Positions 1 through 8,227 of a DNA stretch of 64,000 nucleotides are shown in pieces. The notes below the pieces were generated by a model. That model was not told the origin of the DNA, did not search any database, and saw nothing but the letters and a program-made list of their open reading frames with translations. This DNA is from Planctomycetota bacterium (GTDB taxonomy: Bacteria; Planctomycetota; UBA8108; SXIK01), in assembly GCA_965223265.1 (NCBI GenBank), contig OZ244999.1, forward strand, positions 3,968,001-4,032,000, in the 5' to 3' direction. A program made the translations under genes and the position numbers. Within the stretch, counting starts at the first letter, position 1. Each line of letters starts with the position of its first letter.

Positions 1-1081
1 TTTCGCCGAGTGCGAGGAACCCCTCACCGTCCAGCTCCGAGTGTAAAAACTTGCCGCGCCGTGTGACAAAGTCGACGCCGCCGCGAACAAACGGCAGGTT
101 CGGATTGGCAATTACGAGGTCGGGATCGACCGCATCCACCCACCCGAGTCCTTCGCAGAGATCGCACATACCGTGTGGTGAGTTGAACGAAAAGAGGCGA
201 GGCTCCAGGCTCGGCTGTGCTGTTCGGCATCGAGGACACGATGCAAGACTGGAGAACGTGTCGAGCGCGCTCACATTCTTCTGTTCACTTCGACCGTGGG
301 CGACACGCTCTTGGTCGGCTGAACCAGTCTCCCACGTCACTAGCTCAACGACTCCCGAGGCAATCTCCAGGCACTTCTCGATCGATTCAGTGAGTCGACT
401 GCGCGCAGCGGGGGCGACGCGCAGGCGATCAAAAACAATGCTCACGTCACCCGTCGTGCCCTGCAGCGGCGAATGATTGTCGCTGTCCAGTCGTACGAGT
501 TGACCATCGATGATGAGCCGTCGAAAACCGGCGCTCCGGAGCTCTTCGAGCTGACCTGCACGCAAGTCTGCGGACGTTCGACCCGGCGCTTCTGACACCG
601 GCGCGCAGACCATCACACTCTCACCTTCGTACAGGCGCAGGATCTTCGAGGTGATCTCCTCCGCACTTCTCGTGTCGAGTGCGATTCCGCACTCTGCGCA
701 GTGTGGCTGCCCCAACCGCGCGAAGAGCAAGCGCAAGTGGTCGTGGATCTCGGTCATCGTGCCGACCGTCGAGCGCGGATTGCGACTTATCGTCCTCTGG
801 TCGATCGCAATCGCCGGTGACAAGCCTTCGATATGCTCTAGGTCTGGCTTGTCGACACCGCCGAGAAAACGACGGGCGTACGCCGGTAGCGATTCGAGAA
901 AACGGCGCTGGCCTTCGCGAAATATGGAATCGAACGCCAGACTCGACTTCCCCGAACCACTGACACCGGTGATCACAGTCAGAGCGCTGCGCGGGATGTC
1001 CACGGAGACGTGTCGAAGGTTGTGCTCAGAACAGCCTCGGATCCGAATCCAGCTCGTCGTTCTCTTGCGCTGCTCGTTCAC
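1..1081 (-). CDS. uvrA: Excinuclease ABC subunit A (5' part; runs off the window edge)
   Basis: Manual minus-strand translation from GTG at 1081 gives IRIRGCSEHNLRHVSVDIPRSALTVITGVSGSGKSSLAFDSIFREGQRRFLES (UvrA Walker A block) and later CPRC...LEPRLFSFNSPHGMCDLCEGLG (zinc finger). GAGGA SD upstream. Absent from the ORF track because there is no stop in the window. Confidence 0.96.
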   Translation of the reverse strand, partial: MNEQRKRTTSWIRIRGCSEHNLRHVSVDIPRSALTVITGVSGSGKSSLAFDSIFREGQRRFLESLPAYARRFLGGVDKPDLEHIEGLSPAIAIDQRTISRNPRSTVGTMTEIHDHLRLLFARLGQPHCAECGIALDTRSAEEITSKILRLYEGESVMVCAPVSEAPGRTSADLRAGQLEELRSAGFRRLIIDGQLVRLDSDNHSPLQGTTGDVSIVFDRLRVAPAARSRLTESIEKCLEIASGVVELVTWETGSADQERVAHGRSEQKNVSALDTFSSLASCPRCRTAQPSLEPRLFSFNSPHGMCDLCEGLGWVDAVDPDLVIANPNLPFVRGGVDFVTRRGKFLHSELDGEGFLALGE

Positions 1082-1097
1082 ACTTCCTCGACTCTCA

Positions 1098-1206
1098 GCC
1101 CACCGTGCGGGCCATCGTGCGGGCCATCGTGCGGGCCATCGTGCGGGCCATCGTGCGGGCCATCGTGCGGGCCATCGTGCGGGCCATCGTGTGGCCCATC
1201 GTGCGG
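1098..1206. repeat. 12-bp tandem repeat (CGTGCGGGCCAT) x7 perfect plus degenerate flanking units
   Basis: Read directly from the sequence; lies between the ddl stop and the uvrA start. Confidence 0.97.
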
Positions 1207-1261
1207 CGCGCTCGCACGAGTCGCGTCCGACCCACCATTCTATCGTCGAAAAAGCGCGATC

Positions 1262-2404
1262 TCATCTTCTTGCGAACGATCCGGGACCAGTGCCGACGAC
1301 GCCTGGTACCGGTGCCGCGCGTTTCCATCCGGCCTCAACGACCGAAGCCAGCAAATCGCCGAGGTCGATCCCGGCCCGACGGGCGGCGAGCGGTACGAGG
1401 GACGTTTCGGTCAGTCCCGGGAGCGTATTCACTTCGAGGACTTCAAGCTCACCGTCAGGTGTCAGGAAAAGATCGGTACGCGATAGCGGCGAACAACGAA
1501 ACAGCCTGTGGACGCAGCGAGCCACGTCTTCTACGCGCCGACGCTCTGGTGCAGAAATCGGTGCGGGACAGATCTCATCCGTGGCGCCGGCGGTGTACTT
1601 TGAGGCGTAATCGAAGAAGTGGCTACGTCGAGGTCGAATCTCAATCGGCGGGAGAGCGCGGTCTTCATCACCGTCGTCGAGCACCGCGCAGCTCAGTTCA
1701 CGCCCCGCGATCGCGGTCTCAAACAAAACGTCCTCGCGGTGCGCGGCGTCGGGCCACGCGGCCAAAGCGGCGCCTGCGGACTCGACCAATTCCGCAGCGT
1801 TTTTCAGCCACGTCACGCCGACGCTGGAGCCGAGACGATTCGGCTTCATGACCCACGGGAATGGTACAGAGGCGTCGAACTCCGCCGCAAGGTCGCTCCA
1901 GGCGCGGCGCTGGAGCCGGTCGCCGAGCAGTCGTGCGGCGGGCACGGTAAACGAGCGCGGCGTTCGAATCCCGGCAGCTCGTAGGACTTCCTTCGTCAAC
2001 CGCTTGTCCATGGTGACCGCCGCCGCGGTCGTCTCCGGGCCAGTGAAGGGGATACCATGCAGCTGCAGAAAGCCCTGGATCGTTCCGTCTTCGCCGAGCG
2101 GGCCGTGCAGCGCGTTGAACACCATCACTGGCTCGCTGGTCAAGCGGCGTATCGCATCGTGCGCCATCACGGGTTCGACGTTGTCGAACCAGCGACCGTC
2201 GACGTCGAGCTCTTCACCCACGGTACCCGTTGGTACGCGCCATGAGCCGTCGGCGACCAACTCGACCGGCGTGACGCGGTATCGCGGGGCAAGATGCCTG
2301 ACGACGGTTCGTCCGCTCTGCAGCGACACGTCGCGCTCGCCCTCGGCTCCCCCCATCAGTACACAAAGACGCGGAGACGCTCCGCGCTCCTTGAAGTAAC
2401 TCAT
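1262..2404 (-). CDS. ddl: D-alanine--D-alanine ligase
   Basis: Motifs LMGGAEGERDVSLQSG, FNALHGPLGEDGTIQG, MDKRLTK, KPNRLGSSVG, FDYASKY, LEVNTLPGLTETS; start trimmed to ATG 2404. Confidence 0.95.
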   Translation of the reverse strand: MSYFKERGASPRLCVLMGGAEGERDVSLQSGRTVVRHLAPRYRVTPVELVADGSWRVPTGTVGEELDVDGRWFDNVEPVMAHDAIRRLTSEPVMVFNALHGPLGEDGTIQGFLQLHGIPFTGPETTAAAVTMDKRLTKEVLRAAGIRTPRSFTVPAARLLGDRLQRRAWSDLAAEFDASVPFPWVMKPNRLGSSVGVTWLKNAAELVESAGAALAAWPDAAHREDVLFETAIAGRELSCAVLDDGDEDRALPPIEIRPRRSHFFDYASKYTAGATDEICPAPISAPERRRVEDVARCVHRLFRCSPLSRTDLFLTPDGELEVLEVNTLPGLTETSLVPLAARRAGIDLGDLLASVVEAGWKRAAPVPGVVGTGPGSFARR

Positions 2405-2568
2405 CGCTTCTCTTCCTTCTTCTTCCTTTCCTCTTCTTCCTCGACCGCCGCTTGCCCGATCATGCCGAAAGCGTGCGCCGCGAAAGACGCCAGCCCCTCG
2501 GAAAAATCCCCTGGCGAGGGGCAGCAAGACGCCACATCACCACAGAGACGTTCACGCATCAACCGTCG

Positions 2569-3567
2569 TCAGCTTTTGCGCTGGACGACGAAATCACTGA
2601 TGGCGTGAAAGAGCTCGCGTTTCTCAGCGCTGATCGGCAGAGAGTCGACGAGATCGTGCGCTCGTGCAAGCAAGCGTTCGGCCTCCGCCTCCGCGAACGC
2701 CAGCGCGCCGACGCGGCGAAAGAAATCGATCGCCCAGACCACATCCTTGGCCTCTGTCTCATCCCTGGCACTCGCCATCACCCGGCGCAGTCGATCACGC
2801 TCCTCGTCGCTTCCAAGTTGCTGCTCAAGCACCTGAGCGTACAAGATGCTCGGTTTGCCCTCCTTCAGATCGCAGCCGACCTCTCCACCGCGGCCCTTGC
2901 CCTGCGTCAAGTCCAGCAAGTCGTCGCGAATCTGGAATGCCGGCCCAAGGCAGCGGCCAAGTTCCAGGAGGGTGTCTCTTGCCCCTGGGTCCGCGCCAGC
3001 GATCATCGCGCCGCCGACCCAAGGCAGGGCCAGGTAGAACGCAGTTTTGAGGTTGACGATCCGGTAGTAGGTCTGGAGATCGACATCCGCGCCGCGCAGA
3101 TTGATATCGAGAGCCTGCCCCTCGACGGTACGCTCAAATGTCTCTGTGAAAATCTGCACCAACTCGAGCTTCGTCGCCGCCTGGACGGGGCTTTTGAGGA
3201 TCAACTGGTAGGCTTTCGCGATGAGGAAATCCCCGACGTTGATCGCATTGGCGACACCGACCTCGGTCCAAAGGGTGGGACGGTCCCGCCGCATCGTGTC
3301 ACCGTCCTCGATATCGTCGTGAACGAGGAAGAAATTGTGCAGCGCCTCGGTCGCAAGTGCAAAGTGCAGAGCCTCTTGCGTCGACCCGCCGAACGCCTCA
3401 CAGGCGATCAGGCAAAGCGCAGGGCGGATCCGCTTGCCACCACTATCGAACTGGTACCAAACGCTGCCGGAGAGGTACGGCAGCTGTTCGGGAGGGAGCT
3501 CTGCAGCGAGGAGGCCCTCAATCTGCTCGGCGTGCTGCTGAAAAACTGCAGTGAGGTCTTGGCTCAT
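2569..3567 (-). CDS. Polyprenyl diphosphate synthase (GGPP synthase-like)
   Basis: GGKRIRP, FARM HDDIEDGDTMRR, KTA, SARM FQIRDDLLD, GCDLKEGK; ATG 3567 chosen because the -10 box overlaps the upstream ATG at 3579. Confidence 0.93.
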   Translation of the reverse strand: MSQDLTAVFQQHAEQIEGLLAAELPPEQLPYLSGSVWYQFDSGGKRIRPALCLIACEAFGGSTQEALHFALATEALHNFFLVHDDIEDGDTMRRDRPTLWTEVGVANAINVGDFLIAKAYQLILKSPVQAATKLELVQIFTETFERTVEGQALDINLRGADVDLQTYYRIVNLKTAFYLALPWVGGAMIAGADPGARDTLLELGRCLGPAFQIRDDLLDLTQGKGRGGEVGCDLKEGKPSILYAQVLEQQLGSDEERDRLRRVMASARDETEAKDVVWAIDFFRRVGALAFAEAEAERLLARAHDLVDSLPISAEKRELFHAISDFVVQRKS

Positions 3568-3577
3568 GGCGACGCGC

Positions 3578-3605
3578 ATTGTAGGGGTCCGTGGGGCCGT
3601 GTCAA
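3578..3605 (-). promoter_or_regulatory. sigma70 promoter for the polyprenyl synthase (near-leaderless)
   Basis: TTGACA-N16-TACAAT on the minus strand, ending 10 nt before ATG 3567. Confidence 0.7.
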
Positions 3606-3622
3606 TGTGAGCTTACCTGAGA

Positions 3623-3650
3623 TTGACACCGTCCCGAAAACCCTTAGAAT
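3623..3650 (+). promoter_or_regulatory. sigma70 promoter, divergent, upstream of the cohesin/dockerin-like gene
   Basis: TTGACA-N16-TAGAAT. Confidence 0.7.
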
Positions 3651-3842
3651 GAAAGGCTAAAGTAAGATGACAGTTGATCAGCACGCCGGTACCCTTCACA
3701 TCATGGTTTTTCACCGCCGTGCACGCCCTAAAGCAAGGCCCCACATGGCCTAAAGCGCAGGCGCATTCGAGGTGCGTTGAATTGAGTGCGTTAGAATGGA
3801 CATGTAGATGTCGTTGACCGTGTTGGCGCGCTGAGCGTAGGA

Positions 3843-5258
3843 GTGGCTGAGCTAGAAGTGTCTGTGGCGGGGATTCCGGACAGGTCGCGTCCTAAGGAGA
3901 CGCCGTTGTTCAAACCGCGCGTACCATTTGAAGGCGGACGGGCAATACGGCTCTGTCTTTGTGCCCTGGTGTCGCTCGTCGCGTTCTCGGTAGCCGCTCC
4001 TTCCACGAGCGCCGAGCCGCCCACAGTTGGCGCACCGTCTTCGAGCGTCGGGCCAGCGCTCCTCCTCGGGGACGTTCACGCGGCCAACCGCGGCGGCGTC
4101 GACGCCGGCTCAATCGTCGAGATCCCGATCTACGGATTGCATCTGACAGGGCTCGACGGAGCGCTGTTGACCGTTGACTATGACGAGTTATTCCTGTCCG
4201 CGTCGGGTGTCGAAGCGTCGCCTGGTTGGGTGATCCACGACGTAGACTTGAGTTCCCCGAACAGTATCGTGGTGGACTTAAGAGCGACGTCACCGCTAAC
4301 CGGCGAGTCCACGGACGCGGCCACCGAGACGGTCTTGGCGCACCTTCAGTTCGTGACGCGAGAGATTCCGCAAGAGCTGCGCGAGGAGCAACGGGTTCGG
4401 GTCCCCATCAGGATCCGGCATGATCAACAAGCCCGCTCCTCCGTCTATCGACTCGTCGGCGGTGACGATGTCGAATCGGTTCTCACGGAGCGCGCCGACG
4501 GGCAGCTCATCCTCCACCTTGCGGACCACGTCGAACTCGGCTCGGCGCTTGTCAGTCCGACGGCTCAAACGTTCGAGCTACCGCTTCACGTGACGGCGCT
4601 CAACTCGCCGGACGTCGAGTGGATGCTACTGACGGTCGACTACGACGAGCTGTTCCTCACCGCTCTCGACCTCGACGACGTGCAGCCAGAAATCACAACC
4701 ACCGAAAATGTCCACACCGGCGAGGTGCACACGCGCGCCCACTACCGAATCCCCTTCGATGCAACGGAATCGCTACTGAATTCGCCGCTACTGGCGCTGC
4801 CGCTGCGCTACCACGGGGGCGCGGCGGAAGGATCAACCCTGTCGATGCGCGTCGAGGCAGTCTTTGGCACGGCGGATAGCGACGGCAATGACCAGACGGT
4901 CAGTGTCACGCAAAGCTACGCCTCCTCCGTGACGATAAGCTCTCCCGCGTTCATGCGCGGTAATGCGAACGCTAGCAACGAAGATCAGCCTCTTGACCTT
5001 GCGGACGCAACGTCGATCCTGCTCTTCGTATTCGGCGGACTCGATGATCTCGCGTGCCGAGCGGCCGCGGACTTCAACAGCGACGACTCGGTCGACGTCA
5101 GCGACGGCATTGCCTTGCTCAACTTCCTGTTCATGGCCGGCGCGCCTCCCGAGGCGCCTTACGAACGTCCAGGCTGGCTGAACACCGCCGGTGCCGACCA
5201 GGAACTAGGCTGCGACCAATCGCTACCGCTGTTTGAGGCGAACGCGCCGCCGGAGTAG
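3843..5258 (+). CDS. Secreted protein with two cohesin-like repeats and a C-terminal planctomycete-type dockerin-like domain
   Basis: Hydrophobic signal peptide (LCLCALVSLVAFSVAA); internal repeat LLTVDYDELFL x2; C-terminal FMRGNAN...DLADA...L.F.F...AADFNSDDSVDVSDGIALLNFLF duplicated Ca-binding motif; start uncertain. Confidence 0.75.
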   Translation: MAELEVSVAGIPDRSRPKETPLFKPRVPFEGGRAIRLCLCALVSLVAFSVAAPSTSAEPPTVGAPSSSVGPALLLGDVHAANRGGVDAGSIVEIPIYGLHLTGLDGALLTVDYDELFLSASGVEASPGWVIHDVDLSSPNSIVVDLRATSPLTGESTDAATETVLAHLQFVTREIPQELREEQRVRVPIRIRHDQQARSSVYRLVGGDDVESVLTERADGQLILHLADHVELGSALVSPTAQTFELPLHVTALNSPDVEWMLLTVDYDELFLTALDLDDVQPEITTTENVHTGEVHTRAHYRIPFDATESLLNSPLLALPLRYHGGAAEGSTLSMRVEAVFGTADSDGNDQTVSVTQSYASSVTISSPAFMRGNANASNEDQPLDLADATSILLFVFGGLDDLACRAAADFNSDDSVDVSDGIALLNFLFMAGAPPEAPYERPGWLNTAGADQELGCDQSLPLFEANAPPE

Positions 5259-5346
5259 GATCTCGCACCGCTTCGCAGCCGAGCGCGCAACACTCGCAGC
5301 GCCGAGAGCGGCGAAAAACCGCAACTCGCTGCAGTTACCCTAGCTG

Positions 5347-6090
5347 TTACCCTAAGAGTGTCTCAAGGCCATACTCGATGCGCTTGAGCTCCGGCACACG
5401 CCGGGCGGCAAGCAACACGCCGGGCATGAAGGATTCGCGGCTGATCGAGTCGTGTCGAATCGAAAGGATCTGGCCGGAACCGCCGAAGAGCACCTCCTCG
5501 TGCGCTACGAATCCGGGCAGCCGCACACTGTGAATCGGTACTCCTAGGAGGCGTCCGCCGCGCGCGCCGGCGACGGTCTCTTTCTCATCGGGATGAGCAC
5601 TCCACTCCTGCGGCGCGGCCGCGCGAATCATTTCGACCGTCTTGACGGCCGTTCCCGACGGAGCATCGAGCTTTTGGTCGTGGTGCATCTCGATCACCTC
5701 GACGGCCGGAAGGTGGCGAGCCGCCTCGGCCGCAAATCTCATCAGCAGGACAGCACCAATGGCAAAATTGGGCGCGATCAGACCGCCACGCTGTAGCGCA
5801 GCCGACTGAGATTGAAGCCGCTCGATATCACCGGGCGAGAATCCCGTCGTGCCGATGACAGGGTGGGCCCCGGCCTCCAGAATCTTCTCGACGTTCTCGA
5901 CACAGCTGTCGGGCTGGGTGAAATCGACAACGACAGTGGCGGCGTTGCCGCTCAATGCGGCGACCAGGTCGTCGCCCAGATCCGTCGTACCGACAAGTTC
6001 CATGTCGTCGGCGCCGCTGACCGCAGCGACGACATGCGTTCCCATGCGACCAGCCGCGCCGTTGACATGCACTCGGAGTTTTTGGGTCAT
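5347..6090 (-). CDS. dapB: 4-hydroxy-tetrahydrodipicolinate reductase
   Basis: GAAGRMG, VDFTQP, VIGTTG, APNFAIG, EMHHDQKLDAPSGTA, HSVRLPG. Confidence 0.97.
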   Translation of the reverse strand: MTQKLRVHVNGAAGRMGTHVVAAVSGADDMELVGTTDLGDDLVAALSGNAATVVVDFTQPDSCVENVEKILEAGAHPVIGTTGFSPGDIERLQSQSAALQRGGLIAPNFAIGAVLLMRFAAEAARHLPAVEVIEMHHDQKLDAPSGTAVKTVEMIRAAAPQEWSAHPDEKETVAGARGGRLLGVPIHSVRLPGFVAHEEVLFGGSGQILSIRHDSISRESFMPGVLLAARRVPELKRIEYGLETLLG

Positions 6091-6405
6091 GATCGTGACT
6101 CTCGGTTATCTCGAGTTTGGCCGTTTCGTGTCGAGCCTGGGATCGCCAGCGTCGAGGCCAAGGAGCGACTCGGGCGCGATCCCGCTCGGGTCGTGGCGGG
6201 GGACGGGCGCAGGCATCGGCGTTCCTGGCGTTCCCCGAAGGGCCGGACAGAAGTTTTTGAACACGCCCAAGGCGATTAGGGTAGAAAAAAGTCGAAAAGG
6301 CCTGTGAACCCCGGCAAGCTCGTCCGGCCAGGCGGCGCGACATGGCCAAGCTCGAGGTTATGTGCCGCAACTGTTGTAGCGACACTCGCCCAGCGGTACA
6401 AGGGG

Positions 6406-6461
6406 AACAGGCTGCTCAAAAGACGCTGCGAACGGAAAACGGCGTTTTTGGCGTCCGGATC
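6406..6461. mobile_element. Decayed remnant of the MITE family
   Basis: AACAGGCTGCTCAAAAGACGCTGCGAACGGAAAAC..GCGTCCGGATC aligns loosely by eye to the reverse-complement end of the 54739-54904 element. Confidence 0.4.
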
Positions 6462-6799
6462 CCCGGCACGAAGTCACGAGAAATCGCCACGCCTGACGGC
6501 CATTCTGAGTACAGAGTTGTCGTCTCGTCGTCTCGTCGTCGAGCAGCCGGTTTCTCGCTGGAGAGTCGCTCTGTAGAACAGACGGAACAAAAAGGGCTCC
6601 GACGACGGACAGGAGACACCCTGCCTCAACACTCACCGCAACGACCGCCAGTCCTTTGTGGATAAGATGCCGCCGAAGCCCTATCTCGTTGTCCGCCCAC
6701 GCGCACACGGTATCGTCACCACCGAAAGCCGCCGTGGGCGAAGAATCGCTCGCCCACCTCCTCCGAATTGCGCCAGGCTCTTCCACCGGTGTGCAAACG

Positions 6800-7003
6800 C
6801 ACGAAGACTGATCTTCTCGCCGACGCACGGCGTCCGACGAGAAGATCAGCTCAAGCCGGATTCGGTCTTCACCTACTCGCTATCGATGGTCAGTAGACAT
6901 CACCTCCTTCCTTGCTGTGAGAACGCGGTGTTTGTTCGCCGGAGATGTCACGTCGACCACGCCGCACAGCGTTCGACGGCGAATCGAGCCCGATTCGCCC
7001 CGC
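6800..7003 (-). ncRNA. Candidate sigma54-dependent small RNA / micro-ORF transcript
   Basis: Starts ~12 nt after a -24/-12 motif; 5' hairpin GGCGAATCG/CGATTCGCC (6978-6999); core CACAGCAAGGAAGGAGGTGATG; 6-codon ORF MSTDHR (6900-6880); 12-bp terminator-like stem at 6808-6849. Confidence 0.6.
6808..6849 (-). terminator. Terminator-like hairpin ending the candidate sRNA
   Basis: CTGATCTTCTCG...CGAGAAGATCAG perfect 12-bp stem plus inner stem, followed by UCUUCGU on the minus strand. Confidence 0.6.
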
Positions 7004-7013
7004 GGTTGGATAC

Positions 7014-7030
7014 AGCAAACGGAGGACCAA
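7014..7030 (-). promoter_or_regulatory. sigma54 (-24/-12) promoter
   Basis: TTGGTCCTCCGTTTGCT, i.e. TGG-N10-GC with TTGCT, matching TGGCACN5TTGCW spacing; upstream palindrome TGCGA-N7-TCGCA (7136-7152) is a candidate enhancer. Confidence 0.65.
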
Positions 7031-7315
7031 GGGGCGACAATTACGACGTTCCACGACAAAGCTCCTATGTTTTGCCTCGTTCTGGCGCCTACGCCCCGCG
7101 CGAGACTCTCCCCTGCACTCAAGTGTCCGCTCCGATGCGAACAGTTGTCGCAAAAGTGATTCACGCTCGCGCGCCTCGCCGTCATATCCCTCGGCGCTTT
7201 CACGACAAAGCGTCCAAGCGGCGACACGTCGAAAGGAGCACGAGACACGAAGAACTTCTTTCTCTGCGCGCCGGTGTGCTTTCAAGACGTCGAGGCGACT
7301 GCTAAAATCTCCCGC

Positions 7316-8227
7316 ATGGAACGAAAGCTCGAGAGTCTCAAGAGCCTGATCGAAATCGTCGAACGTCTGCGCGGCCCTGGTGGTTGCCCCTGGGACCAGA
7401 AGCAGACGCTACGGGACATGGGTCGCTACTTGATGGAGGAAGTCGGCGAAGTCGGCGACGCGCTCCACGAAGATGGCGGGCAGCCGTCGCGCCATCTCTG
7501 CGAAGAACTCGGCGACGTTCTGATGAATCTCTTTCTCGCCGCGAGGATCGCTGAAGAGGCTGACGGGTTTTCGCTTGTCGAGGTAGCCGACACGATCAGC
7601 GAAAAGCTAGTGCGGCGACACCCGCACGTCTTCGGTGACGCTCAGGTGGAAAGCGTCGACGAAGTACTGGCGAATTGGGAGCGCATCAAGGCCACCGAGA
7701 CGCAGCACCACAGCGAGTCGTCGCCACGGCCGTCAACGTTGGACGGCGTACCGCGCAGCCTGCCGCCGCTGACTCGAAGCTACGAGCTGGGAAAGAAAGC
7801 GGCGAAGGTTGGGTTCGACTGGGCGAACGCCCAAGGTGCACTCGACAAAGTTCGGGAGGAAACCGAGGAGGTCAGAGCGATCCTGGGCGAGACCCAGGAG
7901 ACGCCATCGGACGAACTCGTGTCGGAACTTGGCGATTTGCTCTTCGCCGTTGTCAATCTTTGCCGCAAGTCGCACGTTCACCCGGACGACGCCTTGCGTA
8001 GTACGATGACAAAGTTCGAACGTCGGTTTCGGGCGGTCGAGTCTCGCTTTTCGGACATGAGTGGCGAACCGCTCGAACGCTTGGAGTCCGCGTGGCAGCA
8101 GGTGAAACGAGGCGAACGGCAAGGCGACGGGATTGCGTGCGGCGCCCCGCGGCAGAATTCGGCTAAGCAGAGACCATCCTCGAAACGCTCAAGCCCAACT
8201 TCCCCCGAAGTCGAAGAGGAGTCATGA
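7316..8227 (+). CDS. mazG: Nucleoside triphosphate pyrophosphohydrolase MazG
   Basis: LRGPGGCPWDQKQT, EELGDVL, KLVRRHPHVFG, KAAKVGFDW, ELGDLLFAVVN; ATG 7316 lies 7 nt after TGcTAAAAT (likely leaderless). Confidence 0.95.
   Translation: MERKLESLKSLIEIVERLRGPGGCPWDQKQTLRDMGRYLMEEVGEVGDALHEDGGQPSRHLCEELGDVLMNLFLAARIAEEADGFSLVEVADTISEKLVRRHPHVFGDAQVESVDEVLANWERIKATETQHHSESSPRPSTLDGVPRSLPPLTRSYELGKKAAKVGFDWANAQGALDKVREETEEVRAILGETQETPSDELVSELGDLLFAVVNLCRKSHVHPDDALRSTMTKFERRFRAVESRFSDMSGEPLERLESAWQQVKRGERQGDGIACGAPRQNSAKQRPSSKRSSPTSPEVEEES

Noticed and set aside
1098-1206. Tandem repeats here and at 11759 and 42017-42406 as possible CRISPR arrays
   Set aside because: Units are contiguous with no unique spacers, and there are no cas genes in the window
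651-1610. 319-aa plus-strand ORF with GHRA repeats (and the CGPS / RAIV repeat ORFs)
   Set aside because: Antisense shadow of uvrA and ddl read through the 12-bp tandem repeat; no coding signal of its own
6897-6913. ATCACCTCCTT resembling the 16S rRNA 3' end
   Set aside because: No other rRNA sequence flanks it; better explained as an SD-like motif on the minus strand
7124-7136. TGTCCGCTMCGAT shared with 55732-55744, near both sRNA candidates
   Set aside because: Opposite orientation and different distance relative to the two promoters; could be chance, so not used as evidence
6091-7315. Several 100-215 aa ORFs in the dapB-mazG gap
   Set aside because: Arg/Ser-rich, overlapping on both strands, no recognisable motifs; likely spurious GC-rich ORFs
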